Shown piece by piece: positions 38,011 through 50,831 of a DNA stretch of 64,000 bases (its first letter is position 1; every line of letters starts with the position of its first letter). Where the stretch lies: assembly GCA_035084275.1 (NCBI GenBank), contig CM068748.1:11098001-11162000 (forward strand). The letters run 5' to 3'. Made by a program: the position numbers and the translations under genes. The notes under the pieces were generated by a model. It did not search any database, had not been told where the DNA came from, and worked only from the letters and a program-made list of their open reading frames with translations. This DNA is from Hydrolagus colliei (Eukaryota).

Positions 38011-39904
38011 AATCATGTGACCTATTAGGTTGTGCTAGTGCTAAACTGGAATTCTAATCCCATTCTCCTACTCTTTTCTCATACCCTTTAATGTCATTTA
38101 TGGTCAAGAATTCATCTAAATCCCTATAAAAAAATGTTATGGACAAAACTTAAAAAATTATGGTAAAATATTCTAACTTCTATCTACCCTCGGTGTGCTG
38201 CATAGAATGCAATGCAACATCACACAACAACAAAATTACATTTATAGAGAGTCTTTCACGTCGGGAGGACGTCCCAAGACACTGGGACACACATTGTGAC
38301 AGATATACAAGTCAAAATAATTGTTAAAGAGTTAATTTAAAGGGTATAAATGTCATTGCAGTGCAAATGCATCAACATTACTTAACCAAGACAATAGCTT
38401 TTTTTTTCCTAATTTCAAAAACAATACTCTACATTGAATGAAACTGTCCACTTTCTCTATATAATGCTATTGAGCTTAAGGACAAGTGGAGAAATGTGGA
38501 CATGAACCTCAGTGACATGGTGTGCTGAAATAACCCATTACAGCAGCAAGTTTTTTCCACAGAACATTGTCAAGTACTATATTTTCCTGTTCTCATCCCT
38601 CTCACACAGAACCTCTCACTAATTGTGTGGATTCTCTTGGTAGCACAAAATGTCGTACTATTTAAAATCAGTCACTGATTTTCAAATGAAATAGTACAGA
38701 ATTCTCATGCCCTGCATTGAAACAAAAGGCCAAATAACACAGCTAAACATGTTTTGTAGTTTTATCTTGATTCTTTGTGAATACCTAACTGTGCTTACAC
38801 ATCATCAATACCATTCAGGCAGTTTTGACCTTTGTTTGTTGCTGCACCACACAGAAATCATCGTACTGTATTAGGTATCTTCCAAAAATGGCAAATTATT
38901 AAATGTCAGAAGGAAAGGCAGACTGCTGACCCTGAACAATACCTGGAAAGATCTGTATTACCAGCTTGGTAAATAAATAGAAAACCAGTCAAAGCAGTCA
39001 AAATCACATAGTTGCAAATCAGCAAAAACAGCTCCATACATTATTCCAAATCTATAAACGTTCTGAAAAAGGAACTTCATATGGAACCATGAGGGTAAAA
39101 TACTCTTAGTTTAGGCCAAGAAACACTCAAAACGATTGAAATCTGTTCAAATTTGAATTACCATTGTGTGTATTGGTTACTTGAGACAGTTCTATACCCT
39201 TAATTTGTATCTCCATGATATGGCTCGCTCCCTGCTCACAGTGTACTGGGTGGTCTCTGTAATCAATTCTCACTAACGTATGCTCTTGCCTATCGCTAAG
39301 TATTTCTTGCTAATTGAAAATTAATCTAGAGCTCCAATGAGACACGGTTAAGAAATCACAGCGGTATTTTTTATTATGGTTCATTCAGAATCGTAAACTC
39401 CTCAGATATAGTTCTCAAGTGATTGACAAATAACAATCACACAACCACGAATTGTACAAATAACTGATTTTAATACAAACTAACACCTTATAAATATGAG
39501 GTTAAAGTATGTGCACTGAACCAACTCTGGATTCAGGGGGTTTGTACCTTTAGCTAGTCAAGACACATAGCTTTCTGATGTTATCAAGAAAAATGGCGTT
39601 CACTCATTATGGGCATTGAGCACCTCCTTGAATTAGAGTACTCAATAATAATTTCACCAATTACTTTACTTTTTTTAATGGTGCAACCACATCCTCCCAT
39701 TAGTTGCCCAATAGGGGACAAGTTCACTTCACTTTATTTACATGTTAGAATGGTAAAATACCCCGCCAGATTGATGCAACCAATACCTTTGGAGACTTGA
39801 TGGCACTATCCACATCACAATCTTATTTAAATACACTCAAAATGTATTTTAAAATGTTTGTAAAAGAGTATTACACAGAAAACGATATGCGCAACACTGG
39901 TTCT

Positions 39905-40480
39905 TTTCTGAACTTTCAGCTTTTGATGCGAAGGCCAGTGGAGTCAGGCGAGGATGTGGGTGATGGGATCACGGAGCCTTGTGTGGGAGAGGACATGGGC
40001 TACACAGTTCTGGATGATCTGTAACCTATGGAGGGAGGAGTTGGGGACACCGACAAGCAGGGAGTTTACATAGTCAAGCTGGATGTTACGAATGCATTTA
40101 TGAGGGTCTCGGCAGCCTGTGGTTTGAGACATTTGTCGCGGAGGTGGGGGAAATCAGAGCAAATCATGGTACACATGTGGGGTAGAAAGGACAGTTGAGG
40201 GTCAAACGACACCACGATTCTGGACAGACTCAATGACGGAGTGTGCATTCTTGGATGGTGAGGCTGTCAGTGCCTGAGGTGTGGAGGAGCTGACTGGAAA
40301 CAATCAGGAGGGCTTCAGTTCTTGTTGATGTTCAGCAGTAGAAGGTTAGTTCTCATCCAGGACCTGATGTCTGACGGACATTTTGCCAGGACAGCAGCAG
40401 ACCTGGAGTCGAGGATGGAGGCAGTGAGATAAAATTGGGTGTCATCCACATACTTGTGGAAGTTGACCCCATATAGTTTA
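39905..40480 (-). mobile_element. L2 LINE RT fragment
   Basis: Frameshifted pieces YGVNFHKYVDDTQFY...DIRSWMRTNLLLLNINK, AAETLINAFVTS and LDYVNSLLVGVP...LQIIQN. Confidence 0.9.
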
Positions 40481-41349
40481 GATCCTAATTTCTCGGATTC
40501 GTTAATCATGTGTAAAAAAAGCACATGCAAGAGGGAAGTACAAGTGTTCTTAATTATGTAATTATCTAATAAGGATAATAAATATATGTGATCCTTTCAC
40601 TGGTCACTGGTAATTCAGGGCAATGTAATTATTTCTGTACTCGTGTTTACACACCGTTATGGTTAACACAACCAACAAATTAAATCTTTTTACTTTGGTC
40701 TTAAAATTTTTAAATATGGAATAAAGGAGGGGAAATTCATTGCAAATAAATAATAAATCAAAGGGCAGTGGAGAAAAGTTGACACATAGAAAAGTAGAAA
40801 AAATAACACAACAAGCCACAACATGAAACAAACCTATCAGTCATGCCACTGAAACTGAATAATTAATTTCAGTAACAGCCCACATTCTATTTCTATACTA
40901 TCCTTTTGAAAACAGATACATATACAATATTTCCATATGGTCTCTCCTTTGCTCATAAATTCTCATACGGGTTTCTCTGAAGAAAATTCACACACAAACA
41001 CATAAAAGCTGAAGTAGAAAAAAATAAATTGAAGATGTGGATACAATGAGGTTCAAGAGAAATTGATGCAGACAAAAACAAAATGAGTTTAAACAGAAAG
41101 ATGCAAAAAATAAATATTATGGAGAGAGGAGGAAAATAAAAATGACTCAAATGCATAAGTAACAATAAACAAACTAAACAGTAAGGAAAAAAGAAAAATG
41201 AACGATAGAAGGGTAATATAGTAAAATAAACACTGTTGAGAGAAATAAACAGAATAACCTTGGTTTGTGTATAAAATCAATCAACCACCAAATGGTTACC
41301 ATTTACATTGCAGATTAAATTCAAATTAAGTGAGCACCTGCACTAATTA

Positions 41350-41739
41350 CAGTAAAAGCTTGGTTATCTGACAACCAACCAACTGGCACGTTCAACCAAC
41401 CGGTATCTCCCAATACAAGCAAAATTTGAGCATACGCGGATTTCCCCGCGCGCATGCGCACTTATTAAACTTATCGAACGCGATTTTACCGAGTGCGCTG
41501 TTTTCCAGGAACGTAACCCCCGTGTTCGGCAAGGATTGACTGTACTATTTATGTATGCTTTATTGGTAAGTATCTATACAATATTCTGTTATTATTTAGT
41601 CTACTATTAATATGGTATGTTTTAAAATAAGTAAATTTTTTGTGTAGGAATTTCAACAACTTGCCACTCGAATATCCGCATATTTGATTAACCGGCACCG
41701 GTCAACTCCCAAGGGTGCCGGATAACAAAGCTTTTACTG
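41350..41739. mobile_element. Tigger-like MITE, copy E
   Basis: TIR CAGTAAAAGCTT(G/T)GTTATC, TA-flanked. Contains the end of another Tigger-like element (ttccaggaacgtaacccccgtg...gactgta) at about 41503-41544. Confidence 0.88.
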
Positions 41740-42864
41740 TACTTAGTGTCTGACTACGACATTCGTCACAAGAAAGTGGTCAAATCCATGCCTTCATTAA
41801 TACAATTTGAAAAGTATTGAAAAATTTATCCAGGATTATGTGACCTAAGACTGATATATTGATTGATACACACATTGTAATTCATAATTCTATGGACCGT
41901 AAACTATATAATGCATTTGGTATCTACACATTACACAGTAAAACATCAAGAATGTATGTTGTCTATTTGGTTTATTCATGATGAGCGTAATAGCAGCAAC
42001 TAAACAGTAACTAAATAATAGTTGGGCCAAAGAAATTTAGAAATAACCAGTTTAATCTATTCTTGTTTTAATGTTAACGGCAAAATCAAACATAACTACA
42101 AACTCTTGTTAGCATATGCCCTGCGAGCAGAAATTTTGATTAGAATTGTTGGAATGAGATTTTGACTGACCATTGTGACTATTCACTTGGGGAACAACGT
42201 GTAATGTAAGGTTTTGTAGGGAATATAAATCTCCATCCCAAGCAGCTTGTGTGAGTAGCACAAATATTACTTTTCTATGAAAATGTAATGAATATCCTAA
42301 GTATGAACTTCTACAGAAAAATAAAATCATAGAAGACTGGGATTGTTTTTTCTCTCTGTTGATTGTACTATATTACATATTCGTATGTAAGAAATGCTGT
42401 ATATAAAATGAATATAGCACATTGATAATTAGCAGCACTCGGTCAAGGCTTGCCTCTTAGATTTCTTTCTTATTTTCAATCAAAATAAGGCTGTAGGCTG
42501 ATTTAAGTCACAATCAACAACAATACCCATTTGAGGTAATAGACAAGCAATCTGGTGTGTTCTTTGTGTTAACCTTTGCCAGATGTAGCAACCAATAGCA
42601 TTATTTGAAGAAAAACATCTGTAAACTCAGAAAAGCAGAAAATATTACAACATGGAAGGAGGCCATTCAGATCATTGAATCTGTGCTACTGTTAGTTTTT
42701 TTTTTAAAAAAATTCTATCCTTTCAGGTCTTTCCCTTTTGTTTACTCCTCGGGTGTTTAACCAGATCCCTTTCAACAATTTTATTTAAGTCTTAAACAGT
42801 TAAATTCCATTATACCTTGCATAATTTCTAACAATTGCATTGATATAGTTGATTTGAGAGTGCT

Positions 42865-43070
42865 GAACAATGGAGGACTTTTATATAAACCAGCAGGCAG
42901 AGGATGTGAGCTTAGGCACAGTCGAAGAAGAAAGTCTTCTTGGGCAATTTGAAGACAGTCCAAAAGGAGGCAAATGGAAGGGATTAAGACACAAAGTTCC
43001 AAATGTACAGGGAATAGTGACTGAAGGTATGGCAACCTTTGGTGGAGTGAAGAAGTTGGGGAGACACACA
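42865..43070 (-). mobile_element. L2 3' fragment
   Basis: aagttccaaatgtacagggaatagtgactgaaggtatggcaacctttggtggag is the reverse complement of the L2 C-terminal segment seen at about 5045-5095. Confidence 0.6.
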
Positions 43071-45699
43071 TTTAGCCTCCTCGACCAAAATCAGTACAAT
43101 TATTTAAATTTGTGGAATTACAATTTGTCCAAAAGCTTGGTGAATACATTCAAACATCAAGACAAAGGTCAGACTCTGCCATTATCAAGAGCTCCGGGAT
43201 GCTAGTCACATGAAAGGCACTATACAAAGGCATATAATTGTTGTTGTCGGCATCGTAACCTATGTATATTTGGATTCTTCAACTTGTGAGTTTCATTACT
43301 CAAATTATTTTCTTTAAATGTATACCTTCGCTTTCTATATTCCATTAATATTAAGCAGCCCTATCAGATTTTTGAACCAACTGAGAAATATCAGTCACAG
43401 AGGGATAACAGAAACTGGTAAATTGAACCTTTTCTATTTTCCCTGGTAACTACAAGAAGTACTTCTATCAGCATTCAATTTGATACACATTACATCAGTA
43501 CATACATCACAAGGGAGGGCCAACTACATCTCAGAACAGCCCTTTAGTAGCCATGGTGTGCATACATCTCTATCTTGGAGGCAGGACTGTGCATCTGTTT
43601 TTGTGATGTAACTTGTATCTTTCAGAAAGAACAGTAAGATTCCACTCACTTATTGTGCTTGAGGCAAAAATCCAGAAGAAAAATTTGCTTATCTATTCAT
43701 GTCGGTCTGAGGCACCAGTACTGAAAATAACACAGATCTTATTAACTATACATTAGCAACACTAGCTTAATTACTTTAGCTTACTCGAATTGTCGCACTG
43801 CGTTATCGATGCAGAGCTGGAACATGTAAAAGTAGCTTGATTTGATAGTACTGAATGCAAGACCACAAGTAAGGAAAGAAAACAAAAGTAAAAAATATAC
43901 CACAAAGCAGTGAAGTATATATTTAGAGTTTGAAACTAAGTTGGGAAATATGAAGGCTGAGAATGCAACATTTTTACTATGGTATAATATTTTTTCAGAA
44001 GTACTGCAGAAAAATTAATGGCATTTATATGCATACAGTCATCACACAAATACATTTAGGAGGTGGTCGGATAACTTGGTACCATACATATTCCAGCACA
44101 GTAAGCACATTTGATGCAATACAAAATAAAAACTGCTGCACGTGTCAACAGAAACAATTTTCTGAAGCAAGTTTGCTAAAGTTTTAGACAACAATCCTTT
44201 TTTAAAAAAAAATCCCCTTTCCCTTCATTAATTCCCAAACACACCATATAAACAGCCGCTTGATATAAAATTCTCATTTGATAGAATACAGATTGTATCT
44301 TCCACAGTTACATATAGAAGCTCACTGAATAGATTGACCACTAAATGAAAAATCTTACAATACAAAAAAAAATACACCCTCATTCAAAGTGATCTGGAAA
44401 GCATAACTGTGTTGCCCATACCAAGGCAGACATATTAGCACCTTCATAAACAATTTGGATGTATCTCAAAAAATCAACTGTAAAGGGAACACGTTCTGCT
44501 GCTGAAACAGTATCACATGGAGGACAATGACAGCTATGAAAAATATGAACATATTTTAAAAGAGAAAACTAACTAAATTGTATTTTGTATATAGGTAAGT
44601 ATGTGGTTCAACTATTAGCAATTAACATTGTCTAATGATCAATCTAAATTCATAAATATTACTATAAATTAAAGGAAAAATGGTATGATAATTGTCTCAA
44701 AACAGGCCAGTTATTACAAAGCAGGAATCATTTAAAATCAGAAGCCTTGAACAACAACTAAACATGCTGGAAGACGTTGGACAAATTGTTAAAAGCCCCA
44801 ATATTCTACCAATCATTAGCCAATAAAAAGTTTTTCTACATTTTGTAAGATGGTAAAATTGTTTTTAAAACTATTTTCAATGGACCCTTTGATTTCTTAA
44901 CTGCTTTGTTAATAGATAGTAGAAAGGAATTGGTACCTTTAAATGCAATGCTTATTAAATTGGATTATTATGCGCCACACATATGCATCTGCACCATATT
45001 CAATCCAATGAAATCTGACATAAGACAATTGTTTTTTTTTACAAATGTTGACTGAATAAAAATGCATTTAAACCTGTGCACAAAACATTGCCCAGATGGT
45101 TATACAACATTAAATATGTACTGCATTTAAATTGAATATTCCAGGGATTTATGAGTAACTACAGAAATGAAACAAACATTTTTATTTACATTCCCAGAAA
45201 CATAGAACCAATGGAATTACCAACCAAATATCTGTACAATTGCTATCCATTGCTGTGAAGTAGAGCTGTGATGACAACAAAAGTAATTTGTTGTGTGCCA
45301 TGGTTCATAGGTGTGAAATTATAGTGCGCTTGTGACTCAAGTTCAGCATAATTTGTTAAGATTCAGTTAGAGTTAAGAATAGCGAGAATGAGACATTAGA
45401 AACAGAGCAGGACTGAAAGTTAGAGAGCTGAAGAAAAAGAATCAGAGAGAGACAGATTTAGAGAGTCACAGACAAAGGGGAAAGAGAGTGGCTAATACAA
45501 TATAGCATGGCTTTCTCTTTCAATCTCTATTTCTATTCTTAATCCTTTTGCATGACCAATAATTGTGTGCATTGTTTCCATATCCACAATGGTCCTGTTC
45601 CCAATTAGTTGCTCTATTGGAGCTTCCTAGATCTGTTCTTCAACATTATTATTTAGTCATCCAGTTGAAGCAACATAGCAAAACAATGGCACACATTAA

Positions 45700-46005
45700 A
45701 CACAAATTTCATGGTAATCAGATACAAACTATTCCTTAATAAAGGAGCACTTGAGAGATAAACTGATACTTGGGTAGTGGAGGTATTAAGGGATTTGGCA
45801 AAAACCCATTTAGATTAAAAGATCAAATAATTAACAACTAACAGATTGGTAGAAAGGGTAGTTGAAGCCACAGCATTAGGGTCATTTAAAATATTGTTTG
45901 ATGCTGTGATGGTAGGTTGGGTATTCAGAAGATCTCATAAACTAATGGGACAAGTTTAATGGGCTGATTGGTCTCCTTGTGTTCCAGTTCCCCTATGTTC
46001 CTATG
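45700..46005 (+). mobile_element. Old CR1 3' end
   Basis: gtagttgaagc...gtcatttaaaat...gatgctgtgatg...atgggctgattggtctcc...ctatgttcctatg. Confidence 0.65.
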
Positions 46006-46212
46006 CCATACAGTAAATTAAGTTGAAGATAAATATAGTGCAGTTTTTTCAAAGGAAATCAGTTTGATGGAAACCATGAATAGAATCTCCCATTATTTTA
46101 AAGGCACCCGACAGTGATTTGAAAGCATTAATCTAATTTTAAAGTTCAGATGATGAGTCTGAATTGCTCCAAGTATCACTTTTCAGGTTTGAGAAGTCAT
46201 AAGGGTATATGT

Positions 46213-46470
46213 GAAGTCCTGTAGCTCAGTGGTTAGAGCACTCACCTCACAAGTAGGCGAAACCTTGGGCAACTTTCCTTACTCCACATACCTGATAATA
46301 AATTCTCCAAAAAAAATTGGTCACTTCAAACCATGACTGTTAGTGGGCCACTATTGTGCACAATTGTTTCACCCATATATACAGTCAATTCATTTTTCTG
46401 TGAAGCACTTTGAGACGTCTAGAAGGCGTGAAAAGCACTACATCAAATCCAAGGATTATTATTATTATTA
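46213..46470 (+). mobile_element. tRNA-derived SINE (B-box region deleted)
   Basis: gtcctgtagctcagtggttagagcact, body and (TTA)n tail. Confidence 0.9.
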
Positions 46471-47382
46471 CATCAATAACTGCTCTGGAATCAATTCTGA
46501 AGTATCAATTACTGGTTTTAGAAAAAATAAAATCCAATTAGGCAACAGACGAAGTTGAATATTGACTAATGTGTGCCTATTTCTTTACAACAGATGAGAT
46601 AGCAATAACCACTTGTTTTGTGGATAAAACATGTATCAACGTGGGCACTGCGATCAATAATTAAATTAGACTGGTGTTCAGCCAGTTGAGTCAATCAAAT
46701 GTTAAAAGCACTCTGAATTATGAGAAGTTTGCAACTAGTCAAAAGAGATTAAATACTACTTAATGAAAATTCTGTCATGTATGAAATGTGCAGGGGTTGC
46801 TGTGCTATAATAAATATTGTTTCACAATAAACACTGAGGAAGGTATGCATGGGAGAAGCTATGCACAACCTTAATCAAATATGAAAGGTGGATAGCTTAA
46901 ATAGGAATAATTTAGTGCTTGTACACTACTGTATAGTGCAACGCATTTACTAAATCAATATCAAAATGTGTTCAAACTTTCCAATTTGTGTAAATATATA
47001 TGAAATAAGCAGGGAATTCAAATGGTATGATCAGCAGCATGTTGAAATCAGTATAAATCTGTAATCTTTTAATTTTACTACTAAAGCAGATTGTATTAAC
47101 CTACCAAAACAAAATAACAGTTGATATTGTTTTAGCTACTGAAGTGGCATCATCAACGTTTGCAATCCCTTCAAAACCTGAAAGCTACATGTTATATATT
47201 TATTAAAATTTATTAAGCGCTATCAAATATAAGGATTATTATCACTATCAATTATATTTTAAAGAAAATTAGCATTTTTATATGAAAAGCAAATTACTTG
47301 TTTTGAATTGGCATCAATTTCTGTTGGGTCAACAGATAGACAAAATGTGTTCAAACTTTTTAATATTTTAAATTATTAAAGA

Positions 47383-47450
47383 GAAGTCCTGCAGCTCAGC
47401 GGTTAGAGCACTCGCCTTGGAAGTGAGAGACCTGGGTTCAATTCCAGGCA
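47383..47450 (+). mobile_element. SINE tRNA-like head only
   Basis: gtcctgcagctcagcggttagagcactcgcc...ctgggttcaattccaggca with no SINE body. Confidence 0.8.
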
Positions 47451-47893
47451 TGAGAATTGTCCTTGCCATTCACAGTTTAGACTTTAACTGTGACACCACC
47501 TGAAACAACATCTTCTGACATTTCACTAGCTCTTTGCCTATTCCATTCCAGCTTAGCTACCAATGCATCCATTACATTCAAAAGGCAATAATGAATCAGT
47601 GGAAGTGCTGGGTGAGCTCATCTCATGCTCAGATGATTCCTGCCACAGCTAAAGCAGATCTTCTTTATCATTACTGCTTGAACAAGTGCAATCCATCAGG
47701 CTGCTCGCCTGCTGAAGGCACATGGAGGAAATGCAGGGCTGCCTCATTGCACTGCAGGATGCAGACTGATGTGCTGTCAACAATAGATCCTTCCTCCTCA
47801 TAGGGGTGGGGTACCAGCAATTTTTTTAGTGTACTATACATCCACTCTTGCCCATTATTGATTGACACAGTCTTTTACTGGCTGCTGTGAAAC

Positions 47894-48210
47894 ATAATAA
47901 GAATAATCCTTGCATTTGGTATAGCACTTTTTACGTCTTCTAGACGTCTCAAAGCGCTTCACAGAATATGCTGCAAAGTGAATTGACTGTATATTTGTGA
48001 GCAAAACACAGCAACCAATTGCGCACAGCAGTGTCCCACAAACAGTTGTGGATTGAGTGACCAAATTATTGTTGTTTTTTTTCAAGGGATTATTATCAGG
48101 CGTGTGGAGTAAGGAAACTTGCCCAAGGTTTTGCCCTGCCTGCAATTGAACCTTGCTTGCAAGTCTCTCACTTGCAAGCAAGTGCTCTAACCACTGAGCT
48201 ACTGGACTCC
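47894..48210 (-). mobile_element. tRNA-derived SINE, full length
   Basis: Reverse complement of head, body and tail. Confidence 0.92.
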
Positions 48211-48289
48211 TAAAACATGTTACAAACCAGATATAAGTTGCCATATTTTACCCCAAAATATCTGAAGATTCATATAGTGAAACACAAAA

Positions 48290-48500
48290 TAAAGAGCAAT
48301 GTTATACAGACATCAGGATGTGTTTCTTTACCCAGTGGGTAATTAACAGGAACAGGCTGTCAGGAAGGTTGGTAGATATCAAAATGCTCAAATCATTTAA
48401 GAAATATTTTGGCGCTACAATGTAAAGTAGAGATGATATTCTGGAAGGATGAGATTAAGTAGGATGAATGGCCCTCAATCTGTATCTATGTTTCATTGTG
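48290..48500 (+). mobile_element. Old CR1 3' end
   Basis: ttctttacccagtgggtaattaac (FFTQWVIN) followed by the 3'UTR. Confidence 0.65.
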
Positions 48501-49029
48501 ATTTATAATATAATGCAAGTCTTTTGCAATCCTTGCTATTTACTTTTGAAGTGAAGCAATGCAAGTTTCATGTATAGCTATGTAATCACTTACGTAGAGG
48601 GATCTCCTGTCTCACTCTTCTTCTGCCCAACACACTCTGTATTATCAACACAATTGTATTATCACAACTCACTGTGATTTGGACCCAATTCCAGTGAGAA
48701 ACAGCAAATTTAGCAAAGAAACAAGATACCAAAGGCGTTCAAATAAAAATTCGAAATAGACACGCTATTTTGTCAGTCAGGTATGTCCATTATGTCTCTT
48801 TTTTCAATATTGCACCAGAAATAGTCAAAGAGTTGATACAGAAGCATATACAAGCCATACAATACCTAAAATTGCTAAACAATATTGTAAATTAATTGAT
48901 ATTTGAACTGTCAAGCCAACTACTTTCATATCCTTCAACAACAAAATTACATTTGTGTAGCACTTTTCACTTCGGGAGGACGTCCCAAGGTGCTGGACAG
49001 TCAGTATTCTGGACCCGAGCTGAGGTATC

Positions 49030-49372
49030 ATAATAATAATAATAATAATAATCCTTGCATTTGATATAGCGCTTTCCACATCTTATCAACGTCCCAAAGC
49101 GTTTCACAGAATATACTGTAAAGTGAATTGACTATATATTCGTGGGCGAATCGCGGCAGCCAATTGCGCACAGCAGTGTCCCACACACAGTTGTGGATTG
49201 AAATGACCAATTTTATTATTGTGTTTTTTTGGAGGGATTGTTATTAGGCGTGTGGAGTAAGGAAACTTGCCCAAGGTTTCGCCCTGACCTGCCTGGATTC
49301 GAACACAGGTCTCCCCAGCTTGGTATCCCCAGCTTGCAAGACAAGTGCTCTAACCACTGAGCCACAGGAGAT
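49030..49372 (-). mobile_element. tRNA-derived SINE, full length
   Basis: (taa)n tail, body and head agtgctctaaccactgagccacaggag. Abuts an L2 tail at about 48938-49025. Confidence 0.92.
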
Positions 49373-50302
49373 CGGGGAGGGTGGAAGACAGTGGGGGAAG
49401 GAGTTTTGATTGAAACATTAAGGATAACTAACAAATTAATCGAAAACACATAAAATGTTTAATTATAAAAAACAAATATTCTAGCATTATTTCAAGATTC
49501 CATTACAGTTTGTACTCACAGAGACCACTCACCATATTACTACTGTACCATGCAATCACTCTAATATTTGTTCTCAGTTTAATTAGTATTGGGTAGTCTG
49601 CAATATAGCACAGGTCAATTATCTCAGGTCCTGTCTATTAAGCAAATAGCACCAAAAAAAAGCTGGTTTCTGGATCATCAGTTTTTTGTGGGTACATACA
49701 CAAAGGAATGGTAAACATATTGGTCTGGTAATAATAACATAGGAAAATTCATCTTCATTCTGTTATAAGATTTTGATGTTAATAAGAAAATAAACAGAAC
49801 ATTCTAAACTAAAATCCTTAATAGATGCGTACCATTTTTTCTTGCTCCATGGAGGATTTGTATGCATTAAATTTGGCTCAATTTTCAGCATTGGATGAAA
49901 ACGTTTCATAAGATATTTCAACTTGCTGCCTGGGGTCTTTCTTAGCCTCCCACTGAGTTTCAAACACTATATGTCCCGAAAAACATTCTGTACATCACTG
50001 AAATGTAATAACATGAATACTGTATTTTGTAAAAATAAAGAACTTCAGCCTGCTTTTTGTTTTGTTCCAAATACTGGTAGGTGTGGGGGGGGGGGGGAGG
50101 TAGAAAGGCCAGTGATTTAAAAATATATATTTTTATAATTGCATTTTATTAGATTTGAGTCCCCATACTTTATTTAGTACTATGGTCTATTTAAATCTCT
50201 GCTGAGGCATAACTAATTTACTATTTGAAATGGAATAAATGGAACTCTCACTGCAAAAGAGTTCATTCTGGGAATTCTGGAAGACCGAATGTCATTATTT
50301 GT

Positions 50303-50831
50303 GGAGTCCTGTAGCTCAGTGGTTAGAGCACTTGCTTTTCAACCGTGAAACCTGGGTTCAATTCCCGGCAGTGCAAAACCTTAGGCAAGTTTCCTTACTC
50401 CACATGCCTGATAACAATCCCTCAAAAAATATGATAAATTGGTCATTTCATTGGCCACCCAGATTCATCAGATTAAACTCAACCATGTAAATCATTAGAG
50501 AAAGTTATATGATATTCAATTCTCAACAGACTGGAGTGTAAAGGTCAAACTCCATGGTTTACTAAAGCAGATATAGTGATAAAGTGTTATTAACCTGATC
50601 TACCCAGTTTCATGTCAGCTAACCTAGCATAAAAATCCCTCGGAAAAAAACAATAATAAAATTAGTAATTTCAATCCACGACTGTTTGTGGGACACTGCT
50701 GTGCTCAATTGGCTGCCACATTTTTTTCCACAATATACAGTCAATTCACTTTACAATATACTCTGTGAAGCACTTTGAGACATTTAGAAGACGTGACAGG
50801 GCGCTGTACCAAATGCAAGGATCATTATTAT
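50303..50831 (+). mobile_element. tRNA-derived SINE in two pieces (50303-50451 and 50633-50831)
   Basis: 5' half and 3' half are separated by about 180 bp of unrelated DNA, and aatccctc...aaatt(g/a)gt(c/a)atttca occurs on both sides. Confidence 0.85.

Noticed and set aside
42870-43205. 111-aa ORF MEDFYINQ...
   Set aside because: Antisense reading of an L2 3' fragment.
47383-47450. tRNA gene
   Set aside because: Matches the SINE head found many times in the window, with no convincing acceptor stem or terminator.
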